Source: an uncultured delta proteobacterium (lineage in GTDB: Bacteria > Myxococcota > Myxococcia > SLRQ01). From it: a stretch of DNA of 64,000 nt. Position 1 is the first letter of the stretch; each line of letters starts with the position of its first letter. The stretch is from assembly GCA_963727485.1 (NCBI GenBank), contig CAVSGM010000002.1, forward strand, positions 160,001 to 224,000, read 5' to 3'. Position numbers and translations under genes: made by a program. Shown in pieces: positions 54,901-64,000 of this stretch. The notes under the pieces are model-generated. The model searched no databases. It saw nothing but the letters and a program-made list of their open reading frames with translations, and was not told the origin of the DNA.

Positions 54901-55592
54901 CCCACAAGGTCTACCTGCGCACCGGCGAGTACCAGGACGGGCAGCTCGGCGAGGTGTTCATCGACATGCACAAGGAGGGCGCCGCCTTCCGGAGCCTGAT
55001 GAACTCCTTCGCCATCGCCGTGAGCCTCGGCCTCCAGTACGGCGTGCCCCTCGAGGAGTTCGTCGAGGCCTTCGTCTTCAGCCGCTTCGAGCCCAACGGC
55101 ATCGTCGAGGGCAACGACCGGATCAAGATGGCCACCAGCGTCATCGACTACATCTTCCGGGAGCTGGCGGTGACCTACCTCGGGCGCAACGACCTGGCCC
55201 ACGTCCAGGAGGAGGACCTGCGCCACGACGCCATCCACCGCGCCGAGGCCGAGCCCGAATACGAGGAGGAGGTCGTCCTCGAGGCGGGCGGGGCCCCGAT
55301 CCCCATCCGCCACGCCCGGGCCTCCGAGGTCGTCGCCAGCGCGGTGGCCGGCGGGGCCACCCAGGTGGCGGCCGCGGGGAGCCAGGTGGCGGCCGGGGGG
55401 AGCCAGGTCCGGGCCGTCTCCGGGGGCCGGCGCGTGGCACCTCGGGGCGGCCAGCGCCTGGACGCCATCGCCGTGGCCCGGGCCCAGGGCTACGAAGGCG
55501 AGCCCTGCTCCGAGTGTGGCCAGATGACCATGGTCCGCAACGGCACCTGCCTCAAGTGCGTGAGCTGCGGCTCGACCTCGGGCTGCAGCTGA
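51972..55592 (+). CDS. nrdJ: Adenosylcobalamin-dependent (class II) ribonucleotide reductase
   Basis: [51 protein letters not shown], a TSCPD-like domain and terminal CSEC...CVSC. No intein. Confidence 0.96.
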   Translation: MRITRRFTVEGGSPYDAFEFVARTSEIRDPGGKVVFRAEDVLVPEHWSQVATDILAQKYLRKAGVPAVVKPVAEKGVPRWLQRRAPDAKALEALPEAERLGPERDARQAFDRLAGTWTYWGHKHGYFDGEDDAQAFYDELRWMLARQMCAPNSPQWFNTGLHWAYGIDGPPQGHWYADPKTGELKRSESAYEHPQPHACFIQSVGDDLVSEGGIMDLWTREARLFKYGSGTGTNFSALRGEGEPLSGGGRSSGLMSFLKIGDRAAGAIKSGGTTRRAAKMVCLDLDHPDIEQFVDWKVNEEQKVAALVAGSKACSVNLTAVMAACHTDTVAGDDRFDPEANAVLKDAVRAARKAYVPAAYIQRCIQLARQGFSGVEFPVYDTDWQSEAYVTVAGQNSNNSVRIPDAFMKAVLEDGKWVLTRRTDGKAAKTLEARDLWERIASAAWSCADPGLQFDSTINAWHTCRPDGRIKASNPCSEYMFLDDTACNLASVNLMTLVDAEGNFDVEGFRHAIEVWTVVLEVSVLMAQYPSRAIAERSYWYRTLGLGYANLGAVLMRLGLPYDSDAGRAFCGAVSAVLTGTAYATSARMAAELGAFPRYDDNAEAMLRVIRNHRRAAYAAADADYEDLEVPPVGLDARRAPKALLSAARNAWDEALELGEAHGFRNAQATVIAPTGTIGLVMDCDTTGIEPDFALVKFKKLAGGGYFKIINQSVPPALTRLGYSDAQVADIVAYVKGTGTLKGAPGVSQAALKEKGFTDADLARVDQALASAFDITFAFNRWTLGDALVTGRLGVPEDELARPDFDLLAWLGFEAEDVRAASDHACGTMTIEGAPHLDEAHLPIFDCANRCGRYGKRFIAADAHIKMMSVAQPFISGAISKTINMPAEASVEDVKHGYLLSWRLGLKAIALYRDGSKLSQPLSATWALEDVDDEALPVAAVASPEEAAERIVLRYLARRHRLPHRRGGYTQKAIVGAHKVYLRTGEYQDGQLGEVFIDMHKEGAAFRSLMNSFAIAVSLGLQYGVPLEEFVEAFVFSRFEPNGIVEGNDRIKMATSVIDYIFRELAVTYLGRNDLAHVQEEDLRHDAIHRAEAEPEYEEEVVLEAGGAPIPIRHARASEVVASAVAGGATQVAAAGSQVAAGGSQVRAVSGGRRVAPRGGQRLDAIAVARAQGYEGEPCSECGQMTMVRNGTCLKCVSCGSTSGCS
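55361..55408 (+). repeat. 21-bp tandem repeat (2.3 copies) in the NrdJ C-terminal linker
   Basis: CCAGGTGGCGGCCG[C/G]GGGGAG x2 + CCAGGT, encoding [16 protein letters not shown]. Confidence 0.8.
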
Positions 55593-55666
55593 CGCGCGCC
55601 GGTCGTCTCCACCGGTCGCCGGGCGCCGTTGCGACCTGGCGACCGGTGCACTAGCATCCGCCGCCC

Positions 55667-56465
55667 ATGGCCGACGACAGACCCCGGATCCGCGTGGAGC
55701 GCCGCCACCAGGGCAAGGTCGCCCTGGTGGTCGTCGATTGCCCCGAGGTCCACAACGCCCTGGACCTGGCGGCCATGGACCAGCTCGCCGCCGCGGTCGC
55801 CGGGCTCGGCCGGGACGGCGACCTGTTGGCGGTGGTGGTCACCGGCGCCGGCGAGAAGGCCTTCGTCTCCGGGGGTGATTCTCAAGGACCTCCACGGGGT
55901 CCGGGAGCACGCCGCCGCCCTGCGCATGGCCGAGACCATGGGCGGGGCGCTCGCGGGCCTCTCGGCCCTCCCGGTGCCGGTCATCGCCGCGGTCAACGGC
56001 CACGCCTTCGGCGGCGGGTGCGAGCTCGCCGTGGCCTGCGACTACCGGATCGCCGGCGACCACGTGCGCTTCGGGTTCCGGGCGGTGAAGTTCGGGGTCA
56101 TGGGCGGGTGGGGCGGCACCACCCGGCTCCTGCGGATCATCGGCCGCTCCCGGGCGCTGAAGCTCCTGGTCACCGGCGAGGACCTCGACGCCGCCACCGC
56201 CCTGGACATCGGCCTCGTCGACGAGGTGGTCCCCCAGGGCGCGGTCCTCGAGCGGGCGCTGGCCTTCGCCTCGGAGATTGCCGCCGGCTCGCCGCTGGCG
56301 GTCAGGGCCACCAAGGAGGCCCTCCACGCCGCCGAGGACCTCGACTTCGACGACGCCCGGGCCCTGGAGGCCGAGCGCTTCGCCGAGACCTGGGTGAGCG
56401 AGGACCACGCCGAGGCCCTGGCCGCCTTCCGCGCCGGAAGGCCCCCGAAGTGGCGGGGGCGGTGA
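55667..56465 (+). CDS. Enoyl-CoA hydratase/isomerase (+1 indel near 55879)
   Basis: HNALD, TGAGEKAFVSGGD(L), PVIAAVNGHAFGGGCELA and GLVDEVV; TTGCGA-N17-TAGCAT promoter upstream. Confidence 0.88.
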
Positions 56466-57094
56466 TGGCGAGGCGGGGACGCTTCATCGCCCTCGAGGGC
56501 CTCGACGGGGCCGGGACCACCACCCAGGCCGCCCTCCTCGTCGAGCGGCTCCGGGCCGCGGGCCGGGAGGCCCACCTCACCCGGGAGCCCTCCGACGGCC
56601 CCCTGGGGGTGCTCATCCGCCAGATCCTCAAGGGGCGCCTGGTCGCCGCCGGGGCCCAGCCGGTGGACGCCGCGGCGGTGGCGCTCCTCTTCGCCGCCGA
56701 CCGCCTGGAGCACCTCCAGAGCGAGATTGTCCCCCGCCTCGCCGCCGGGGTGGACGTGGTCTCGGACCGGTACCTGGCAAGCTCGCTGGCCTACCAGGGC
56801 GCCGAGCTCGACCTCGCCTGGGTCGCCGGGATCAACGCCCGGGCCCGGGCCCCGGACGTCACCGTCTTCCTCGAGGTCACGCCCAGGGTGGCCGCCGCCC
56901 GGCGCACCGCCCGGGGCCAGGACGCCGAGCGCTTCGAGGCCACGGCCCTCCAGCGGAAGATCCACCGCACCTACGAGAAGGTGCTGGCGGCCGGCGAGGG
57001 GGTGGGGCGCCTGGTGCGGATCGACGGCGCCCTCGACGTCGACGCCGTCGCCGAGGCGGTGTGGGCGGGGGTGAAGCCCGGCAGGGGTCGGTGA
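56465..57094 (+). CDS. tmk: Thymidylate kinase
   Basis: FIALEGLDGAGTTTQ, TREP, LLFAADR and SDRY..SS.AYQ. Confidence 0.95.
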   Translation: MARRGRFIALEGLDGAGTTTQAALLVERLRAAGREAHLTREPSDGPLGVLIRQILKGRLVAAGAQPVDAAAVALLFAADRLEHLQSEIVPRLAAGVDVVSDRYLASSLAYQGAELDLAWVAGINARARAPDVTVFLEVTPRVAAARRTARGQDAERFEATALQRKIHRTYEKVLAAGEGVGRLVRIDGALDVDAVAEAVWAGVKPGRGR

Positions 57095-57123
57095 TCCGCG
57101 CCGGTTGCGCTATGCTCCCGCGG

Positions 57124-58519
57124 ATGCGCCGATTCGCACTGCTGGCTGTCGCCCCGATCCTCGTCCTCGCTGCCTGCGGCCCCGTGCCGCCCGGGGGCGG
57201 TACCGACGGAGGCACGCCCGCCGCCCAGGTCGATCCCCGAATCCAGGCGCTGTGGGATCACCCGGCGGCCTGCGGGATGGCCGACTACCACTGGCTCCAC
57301 GATCCCCGCATCGGCACGGTGGTGGGCTACCAGCCGGCGAACCCCGACCACATCAGCACCAGTGACCTGGAGTCGGTGCTCGGGCAGGTCGGCTTCAAGG
57401 TCGGCCGGCCCTTCGACTACGACGTGAAGATCTACCGCTACCGGTACTGGACCCAGGACCGCGGGCAGATGGTCCAGGCCACCGGGCTCTTCGCCGTGCC
57501 CCAGGTGGGCGGGAACGCCGACCAGGCGTTCCCCATGGTCCTCTACCTCCACGGGACCTCGGGCTTCAACGACGACTGCGCCCCCTCCCGGGATCTCCTC
57601 GGGGGCGTTGCAGGTCGCGGCCCTGGCGTCCTTCGGGTACGTCGTCAGCGCCCCCGACTACCTGGGGATGGACGGCTGGGGCGCCCCCTCGACCCAGATG
57701 CACCCCTACCTGGTCGCCGAGCCCACGGCCATCGCCAGCCTCGACGCCCTCCGGGCGGGCCGGCGGATGCTCCAGATGGGCCTCGGGGGCAAGGCCACCG
57801 CCGTGCCCCACAAGTACATGATCCTCGGCGGCTCCCAGGGGGGCCACGCGGCGCTGTTCACCTCCCGGTACTCGCCCTACTACGCGCCGGAGGAGAAGCT
57901 CGTCGCCGTCGCCGCCTCGGTGCCCCCCGCCGACCTCGTCGACGAGGCGGCGCGCGCGGCCCAGCAGCTGGTGTCCGCCTCGGGCAACACCGCGGCGGCC
58001 ATCGTGGGCTACTCGGACTGGTACGGCCTGGACATCTCCAGCGCCCTGATGCCCCCCTACGACACCGAGCTGCCCCCGGCGATGTCCCACGGCTGCCAGC
58101 TCTCGGGCATCGATCCCGTCCCCACCTCGGTGGACCAGGTCTTCACCCAGGGCTTCCGCGACGCCGCCGCCGCGGGCTTCCCCGACACCCCCGACGACAC
58201 CTGGGGCTGCCTGCTCCGGCAGAACAGCCTCACCTCCACGCCCATCGCCCGCCTCCAGACCGTCCCCACCTTCTGGGAGCTCTCCGAGGACGACACCCTG
58301 GTGAACACGCCCATCGAGCAGAAGAGCTTCGACACCCTCTGCGCCCAGGGCATGAAGATCCAGTACCTGGAGTGCGCCGGGGTGGGGCACACCGGCGGCG
58401 CCATCGGCTCCATCGCCGAGCAGACCCACTTCCTCGACGACCGGTGGGCCGGCAAGCCCTGGCCCGCGGCCGACATCTGCCACCGGACCGCCCCGGTGGT
58501 CTGCTCCGGGAACAAGTAG
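57124..58519 (+). CDS. Secretory-lipase-like alpha/beta hydrolase lipoprotein (+1 indel in G-run near 57603)
   Basis: Lipobox LAAC, HGTSG...CAPS, APDYLG, HPYL, GGSQGGHA, DTLV and GH. Confidence 0.8.
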
Positions 58520-58545
58520 GGCGCGGGGCCGGGGGCGACCGGGCC

Positions 58546-59067
58546 TCAGGGCCCGGCGCGGAGGGCGGGCAGCGCCGCCGCGCCGGCGTGCGCGAACCGG
58601 GCGCAGGCGGACTGCCTCGGCGCCAGGCGCACCAGGAGCAGGAGGCACCCGGCGGCGATGGCCAGGTTTGGCCAGTGCCCCTGCACCGCGTAGACCACCG
58701 CGTCGAAGGCCCCCGCGGCGAAGATCAGGCCCCAGGGGATCGAGAGCCGCGCCCCGTAGGCGAGGACCAGCCGCGCGCCATCGCCGAGCTCCGGGGCGCC
58801 GGCGGGCCAGGTGCCATGGGCGATCTTGTAGAGGAGCCCGCGGCGGTAGGGCCCCCACACCAGGGCGGCGGTGAACAGGAAGGTCGCCGCCACCACCACG
58901 CCCGCGGGGACGATGAGGCCGATCTTGGGGTTGGCGGCCGGGGGCGCGAGGGCCTGGAGGGCGCCGGCGGCGGCGACCCCGACCCCGAGGAGGCCGGTGA
59001 GGATGCCATGGCGCCACCGCTGGCGCGGCGGGACCCGGACGGTCGGCAGTGGGGTGGGATCGGCCAT
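58546..59067 (-). CDS. Hypothetical membrane protein (about 4 TM)
   Basis: Four hydrophobic segments in the C-terminal part of ORF 58546..59658; start taken at ATG 59067. Confidence 0.6.
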   Translation of the reverse strand: MADPTPLPTVRVPPRQRWRHGILTGLLGVGVAAAGALQALAPPAANPKIGLIVPAGVVVAATFLFTAALVWGPYRRGLLYKIAHGTWPAGAPELGDGARLVLAYGARLSIPWGLIFAAGAFDAVVYAVQGHWPNLAIAAGCLLLLVRLAPRQSACARFAHAGAAALPALRAGP

Positions 59068-59179
59068 GAAGCTCGCGGCGCGGCAGGGTAGCACTTCCGA
59101 CCGGGCGGCACCCGATGGTTTCGAGGCGGGCTGCCTGCTACCATCAGATTTTGCCCGGGGCGACCCCGCGTCGAATCGC

Positions 59180-60751
59180 ATGATCGATTTCGCACGGTTC
59201 GAAGACCTCCACATCGTCCGGAAGATTCGCGAGAAGATCCGGGGGTGGTGGAACATCGAGCTCTCGTATGCCGACGAGAGCGGGTACGTCCTCGACCACG
59301 CCCAGGGGAAGATCGTTCCGCCCCACAACGACCTCTGCCAGGGATCCCTGGGGCACCGCGAGGGCTTCCAGCGGTGCAACACCTCGGTGGAGCGGGCCAT
59401 CGCCCAGATCCGCGGCGAGACCGAGATCCGGGCCCGGGTGGTCCAGACCTGCCACCTGGCCTTCCCCCTGGTCCTGGTGCCGGTGGTCGATGACCTGGGG
59501 GTGTTCCACGGCGCCATCTTCGCCGGGGGCTTCCTCATCGACGACGAGGTCGACGACCGGCGCCGGCGCATCCTCGACGAGACCGCCCGCCAGGGGCTCC
59601 CGGTGGCCGATCCCGACCAGGCCTTCGCCGGGATCCCGGTGATCCGGCGCCGCGACATGGACTACTTCTGCGACCTCCTCGAGACCACCGTCGAGGAGAT
59701 CGTCGAGTTCAACAAGGCCCTGCGCGAGCGCGAGACCCGCATCGAGGCCCTCACCGGCGAGCTCGAGGGGCGCTACCGGTTCGGCAACATCGTGGGCAAG
59801 TCCCCGGCGATGCGCCGGCTCTTCTCGCTGCTGGAGAAGGTGGTGCAGTCGGACAGCACCATCCTGGTCACCGGGGCGAACGGCACCGGCAAGGAGCTCA
59901 TCGCCCGGGCGCTCCACTACAACGGGCCGCGGGCCCGGGGCCCCTTCGTGGTCCAGAACTGCTCGGCGCTCAACGACAACCTCCTGGAGAGCGAGCTCTT
60001 CGGCCACGTGAAGGGCGCGTTCACCGGCGCCACCCGGGACAAGCAGGGCCTGTTCAAGGTGGCCGACGGGGGCACCTTCTTCCTCGACGAGGTCGGGGAC
60101 ATGTCCATGGCCATGCAGGTCAAGCTCCTCCGGGTCCTCCAGGAGGGCACCTTCATCCCCGTGGGCGGGACCGGCGCGGTGAAGGTCGACGTCCGCATCA
60201 TCACCGCCACCAACCGCGACCTGAAGCAGATGGTCGAGCGCCGGGAGTTCCGCGAGGACCTCTACTACCGCCTCAACGTCATCAACGTGGAGGTGCCCCC
60301 CCTCCGGGACCGCAAGGAGGACCTGCCGCTCCTGGTGGCCCACTTCCTGGAGCAGCACGTCGACGGCCGGGGGCCCAAGCGCCTGGCCTCCGAGATCATG
60401 GCCCGGTTCTACGCCTACGACTGGCCCGGGAACGTCCGGGAGCTGGAGAACGAGATTGAGCGGCTGGTGGTCCTCTCCGGCGAGGGCGAGCTCATCGACG
60501 AGGGGGTCCTCGACGTGGCCACGCGCCCCTACCCGGAGGCGGCGAACCCGGCGCGCCTCGCCGGGAAGGGAGACCTCGCCAGCGCGGTTGCGGCCCTGGA
60601 GCGCGAGATGATCCGCGAGGGGCTGGTCGCCACCCACTGGAACAAGACGCGACTGGCCGAGCGCCTCGGGGTCTCGCGCACTACGCTCATCAAGAAGATC
60701 AAGGAGTACGGCCTCGAGGAGCGGGGGAACCCGCTGGCCGAGGGGCACTGA
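59180..60751 (+). CDS. Sigma54-dependent enhancer-binding protein with N-terminal PocR-like sensor
   Basis: N..C.......G..RC and TCH..F...LVPV PocR pattern; GANGTGKE, GAFTGA, FLDEVG, FREDLYYRL, WPGNVREL and a Fis HTH. Confidence 0.9.
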   Translation: MIDFARFEDLHIVRKIREKIRGWWNIELSYADESGYVLDHAQGKIVPPHNDLCQGSLGHREGFQRCNTSVERAIAQIRGETEIRARVVQTCHLAFPLVLVPVVDDLGVFHGAIFAGGFLIDDEVDDRRRRILDETARQGLPVADPDQAFAGIPVIRRRDMDYFCDLLETTVEEIVEFNKALRERETRIEALTGELEGRYRFGNIVGKSPAMRRLFSLLEKVVQSDSTILVTGANGTGKELIARALHYNGPRARGPFVVQNCSALNDNLLESELFGHVKGAFTGATRDKQGLFKVADGGTFFLDEVGDMSMAMQVKLLRVLQEGTFIPVGGTGAVKVDVRIITATNRDLKQMVERREFREDLYYRLNVINVEVPPLRDRKEDLPLLVAHFLEQHVDGRGPKRLASEIMARFYAYDWPGNVRELENEIERLVVLSGEGELIDEGVLDVATRPYPEAANPARLAGKGDLASAVAALEREMIREGLVATHWNKTRLAERLGVSRTTLIKKIKEYGLEERGNPLAEGH

Positions 60752-60755
60752 CGCC

Positions 60756-61532
60756 ATGGCTGGCCACGATCCCCGCACCCCCACCGCCGGCGCGGTCATC
60801 ATCGGCAACGAGGTCCTCTCGGGGAAGGTCCGCGACGCCAACACCCCGTTCCTCGTCGACACCCTCCGGAGCCTGGGGGTGGCGCTCAAGCGGGTGAGCA
60901 TCGTCCCCGACGAGTGCGACGCGGTGGTCGAGGCGGTGGCCAGCGCCCACGACGCCTTCGACCACGTGTTCACCTCCGGCGGCGTCGGCCCCACCCACGA
61001 CGACATCACCATCGCCTGCGTCGCCTCGGCCCTCGGCCGTCCGGTGATCCGCGACCGCGGCCTCGAGGCCCAGCTCCGCCGCCTCTTCGGCGAGCGCCTC
61101 AAGGAGGCGCACCTGCGCATGGCCGACGTCCCCGAGGGCACCGAGCTCATCACCGGCCCGGGGGTGACCGTCCCGGTGATGAAGGTGGAGAACATCTTCA
61201 TCCTCCCCGGGGTCCCGGACCTCTTCCAGGAGAAGGTCCTGGCCATCGCCGACCGCCTCGCCGGGACGCCCTACCACGTGCGCTACGTCTACGTGACCCT
61301 GGGCGAGGGGACCCTGGCGCCGATCCTCGACGCGCTGGTCTCGCGCTTCCCCGACGTGGACGTGGGCAGCTACCCGCGCTTCGACGCCGCCGACTACCGG
61401 GTGCGCGTCACCCTCGAGTCCAAGGACCCGGCGCGGACCACCGCCGCCACCGAGGCGCTCCTGGGGCGCCTGCCCTCCGAGCGGGTGGTGCGGGTCGAGG
61501 ACCCCCAGGCGACCGCCGCCGACGTCGCCTGA
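60756..61532 (+). CDS. MogA/CinA N-terminal-type molybdopterin-binding-fold protein
   Basis: IGNEVLSG...DAN, TSGGVGPTHDDIT, LPGVP and GSYP; no PncC domain. Confidence 0.85.
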   Translation: MAGHDPRTPTAGAVIIGNEVLSGKVRDANTPFLVDTLRSLGVALKRVSIVPDECDAVVEAVASAHDAFDHVFTSGGVGPTHDDITIACVASALGRPVIRDRGLEAQLRRLFGERLKEAHLRMADVPEGTELITGPGVTVPVMKVENIFILPGVPDLFQEKVLAIADRLAGTPYHVRYVYVTLGEGTLAPILDALVSRFPDVDVGSYPRFDAADYRVRVTLESKDPARTTAATEALLGRLPSERVVRVEDPQATAADVA

Positions 61533-64000
61533 TCAGGCGATGGTCAGCGCCAGCTTCTGCCGGAGCCGGAAGAACTCCTCGCTGACGGCGAAGCGCACCA
61601 GGGCGCCGATTCTCGGGCACCGCCGCCAGGGCCTCCGCCGGCCGCTCGGGCTGCCGATGGCCATGCTCGGCGGCCACCAGCCGCAGCGAGGCGTCGAGGT
61701 CGCCGGAGAGGAGCAGGCCCGCCCGGTCGAGGCTCCGGCGCACCCCGGTGACGAAGGCCTCCAGGTGGTCGGGGGTGGCGCCGGCGACCTGGCCGGCGAT
61801 CCCCTCCAGGGCCTTGCGCGCCTTCCGGGACATGGACTTGGCGCAGCGCTTGGAGAGCTCGGCGTCCGGCGGCGCCAGCTTCGCGGTCCCCGGCGCCGCG
61901 GCGTCGAGGCACCCCTGGAGGGTCGAGGCGAGGACCGGCGGGTCGAGGGCGAGGCAGAGGGCGGTGCCGGTGCGGACCTGGGCCATGAGCCGGGTGAAGA
62001 GGAAGCGCTGCTCCTTCATCGGGTGGCGGCGCACCACGTCGCTGCTCACCACCACCGCCGGCGGGTCCCCGGCCATGACCTCCAGGGCGGTGGCGGCGCG
62101 CTCGGCCCGGTAGAGGTCGAAGCTGCCCCCACCGAGGGCGGCGAGGAGCCCGTCGCAGACCCGGCGCAGGGGGGAGTTGTCCTTGGGCGAGAGGCGGTCC
62201 CCCTTGCCCAGCCCGTAGCGGTCGAGGTCTTGGGGGTGGACCTTGCCGAGCTGGTCACCGACGACGGCCATGACCTCGGCGAAGGGGCCCCGGGCGGCGG
62301 GGTCGAGGAGCATCGCCTGGTCGCTCTCTTCGAGGGCGCCGGTGGTGTCCTGGGGCGCGTGCCCGCGGTTCTCGCTGAAGAAGAAGGCCTCGTCCTGGTC
62401 GCAGGCCCCGAGGAAGTGGAGCACCGCCGCCACGCAGAACGCCTTGTCGAAGGCCTTCTGGCTCTCGAAGAGGCGGTAGAGGGCGTGGTGGCTCTCCACC
62501 CGGAGCGGCTGCCGGGCGAGGATCTCCCGGTGCTCGTCGATGGCCAGCGCCACGGTCTCGCCGTTGCCGGCGTAGAGGTCGGCGAGGGCGATGCGGGGGC
62601 CGAGCTCGTCGGGGCGGAGCTGGAGGGCCGCCCGGTAGGCCTGCATCGCCTTGGGGACGTCCTGGTTCACCCGGAGCTGGATCTCGGCGCTGCGGACGTG
62701 GAGGGGGTAGGCCCGGCCGCGCTCGGCCTCGGGGAGGAGCCCGATGAACGCGGCGTAGGTCTCCACCACCTTGTCCCAGGCCTGGGCCTGCTCGTAGAGG
62801 CGGCCGAGGCGCTCCACCGCCGGGACGTTGTGGGGGTCGAGGCGCCGGACCGCCTCGAGGGCCTGCATCGCCGCCTGGGGATCCTGGCGCCGGTCCGCGT
62901 GGAGGCCGGCGAGCTCGAGGAGGAGGGCGACCTGGGCCTCGGGCTCGGGGGTGACCTGGGCCAGCCGGGTGAGGCTGGTGACCGCCCCCGCCCAGTTCTC
63001 CGCCGCGGTCTGGAGATCGGCGAGGCGCCGGAGGGCCTCCGGCTGGTCCGGGTGGGTGGCGAGGACGTCCTGGAGGAAGGCGGTGGCCCGCTGGGGGTCG
63101 CCGAGGGGCCCCTGGAAGAGGATGGCCAGGCGCAGGCGGGGGTGGGCCAGATCGTCGGGCTGGCCTCCGAGCTCGAGGCGGCGCTGGTACCACCCGGCGG
63201 CCCGCGAGGCGTCCTCGAGGCCGTAGGCGAGGTCCGCGGCCCGGGCCACCGCGGCCGGGGCGTTGGGGGCGGCGTCGATGGCCGCCTCCACCGCGGCGAG
63301 GGCTCGGGCGGGGTCCTGGAGGCGCTGCTCGTAGAGGTCGGCGGCGGCGAGGCAGGCGGCGGCGCGGTCGGCGGGATCGCGGAGGTGGCCCGCCCGGTCG
63401 AGCCAGGCCCCGGCGACCTCTGCGTGGCGGTCGGCGGCGGTGAGGAGGCGGCAGAGCCCCTCGAACGCCCGCGGCTCCACCGGGTCGCGCGCCAGGACCT
63501 TGCGGTAGCTCTCCAGGGCGCCCTCGGTGTCGCCGAGGTGCTGCTCCCGGAGGACCCCGGACTCGTAGAGGAGGCCCACGGATCGGGCCGGGTCCCTGGC
63601 GGCCTCGCCCTCGCGGACCAGGAGCGACTGGACCTCGTCCCAGCGGCCGGCGGTCATCAGCACCGACTTGAGGCCCCGGAGGGCCGGGAGGAAGCCGCCG
63701 TCGGCCTCGAGGGCGGCGCGGTAGGCGGCCTCGGCGGCGGCGAGGTCCCCGAGGAGGGCCGCGGTCTCGGCGACCCCCATCGCCGCCGCGAGCCGTGAGC
63801 CCGGGTCGGCGGCGGCCTCGAGCTGGGCGCGGTAGAGGGTGAGGAGCGAGGCGAGGTCGCCGGCCTTCCGCCGGGCGAGCTCGGTGCGCCGGGCGGCGGC
63901 GTCGTTGTCCGGGGTCAGCGCCAGGAGCTTCGCCCAGTCGGAGTCCGCGGGATCCGGCGGGTCCTGGAGGTGCTCCCGGGCCAGGGCCGCGGTCTCCACC
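61533..64000 (-). CDS. Giant TPR-repeat protein (5'-partial; +1 indel near 61610)
   Basis: Many TPR helices (A...Y..AL...P), then DKAFCVAAVL, DRAGLLLSGDL and, after frame correction, LVRFAVSEEFFRLRQKL, a terminus typical of large myxobacterial TPR proteins. Confidence 0.85.

Noticed and set aside
51972..55592. Intein or intron in nrdJ
   Set aside because: The catalytic motifs are contiguous and the length is explained by the C-terminal TSCPD-like and zinc-ribbon parts.

Overview
High-GC (roughly 70-75%, by eye) bacterial chromosome segment whose gene content points to Myxococcota/Deltaproteobacteria: an Oar-type TonB-dependent transporter with divergent tonB-exbB-exbD-exbD, AgmX/PglI-type TonB_C and GYF-like domains, a Ser/Thr pseudokinase with PEGA domain, and a giant TPR protein. 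The housekeeping backbone includes galE-like, lepA, pyrR-pyrB-pyrC-carA, carB-greA-recG, thrC, class II ribonucleotide reductase nrdJ and tmk. The more accessory left third carries a lower-GC XRE-HipA toxin-antitoxin pair preceded by four phased operators, a stand-alone tRNA-Sec (UCA) with a non-canonical stem, and a cluster of surface lipoproteins. These include a nine-heme cytochrome c with a collagen-like stalk and a sigma54-type promoter, and a Cys-rich 19-aa-repeat protein. The same region has an unusual fusion of a TonB_C-like domain to an outer-membrane beta-barrel, and a rhomboid protease directly followed by a tail-anchored DUF4236/GYF-like protein. About nine genes are split by single-base indels. 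Six of these convert GATC into GAATC/GATTC, which suggests sequencing errors at chemically modified GATC sites rather than real pseudogenes. No CRISPR array, rRNA, integrase or transposase was seen. All family calls are from motif recognition by eye, not database searches.
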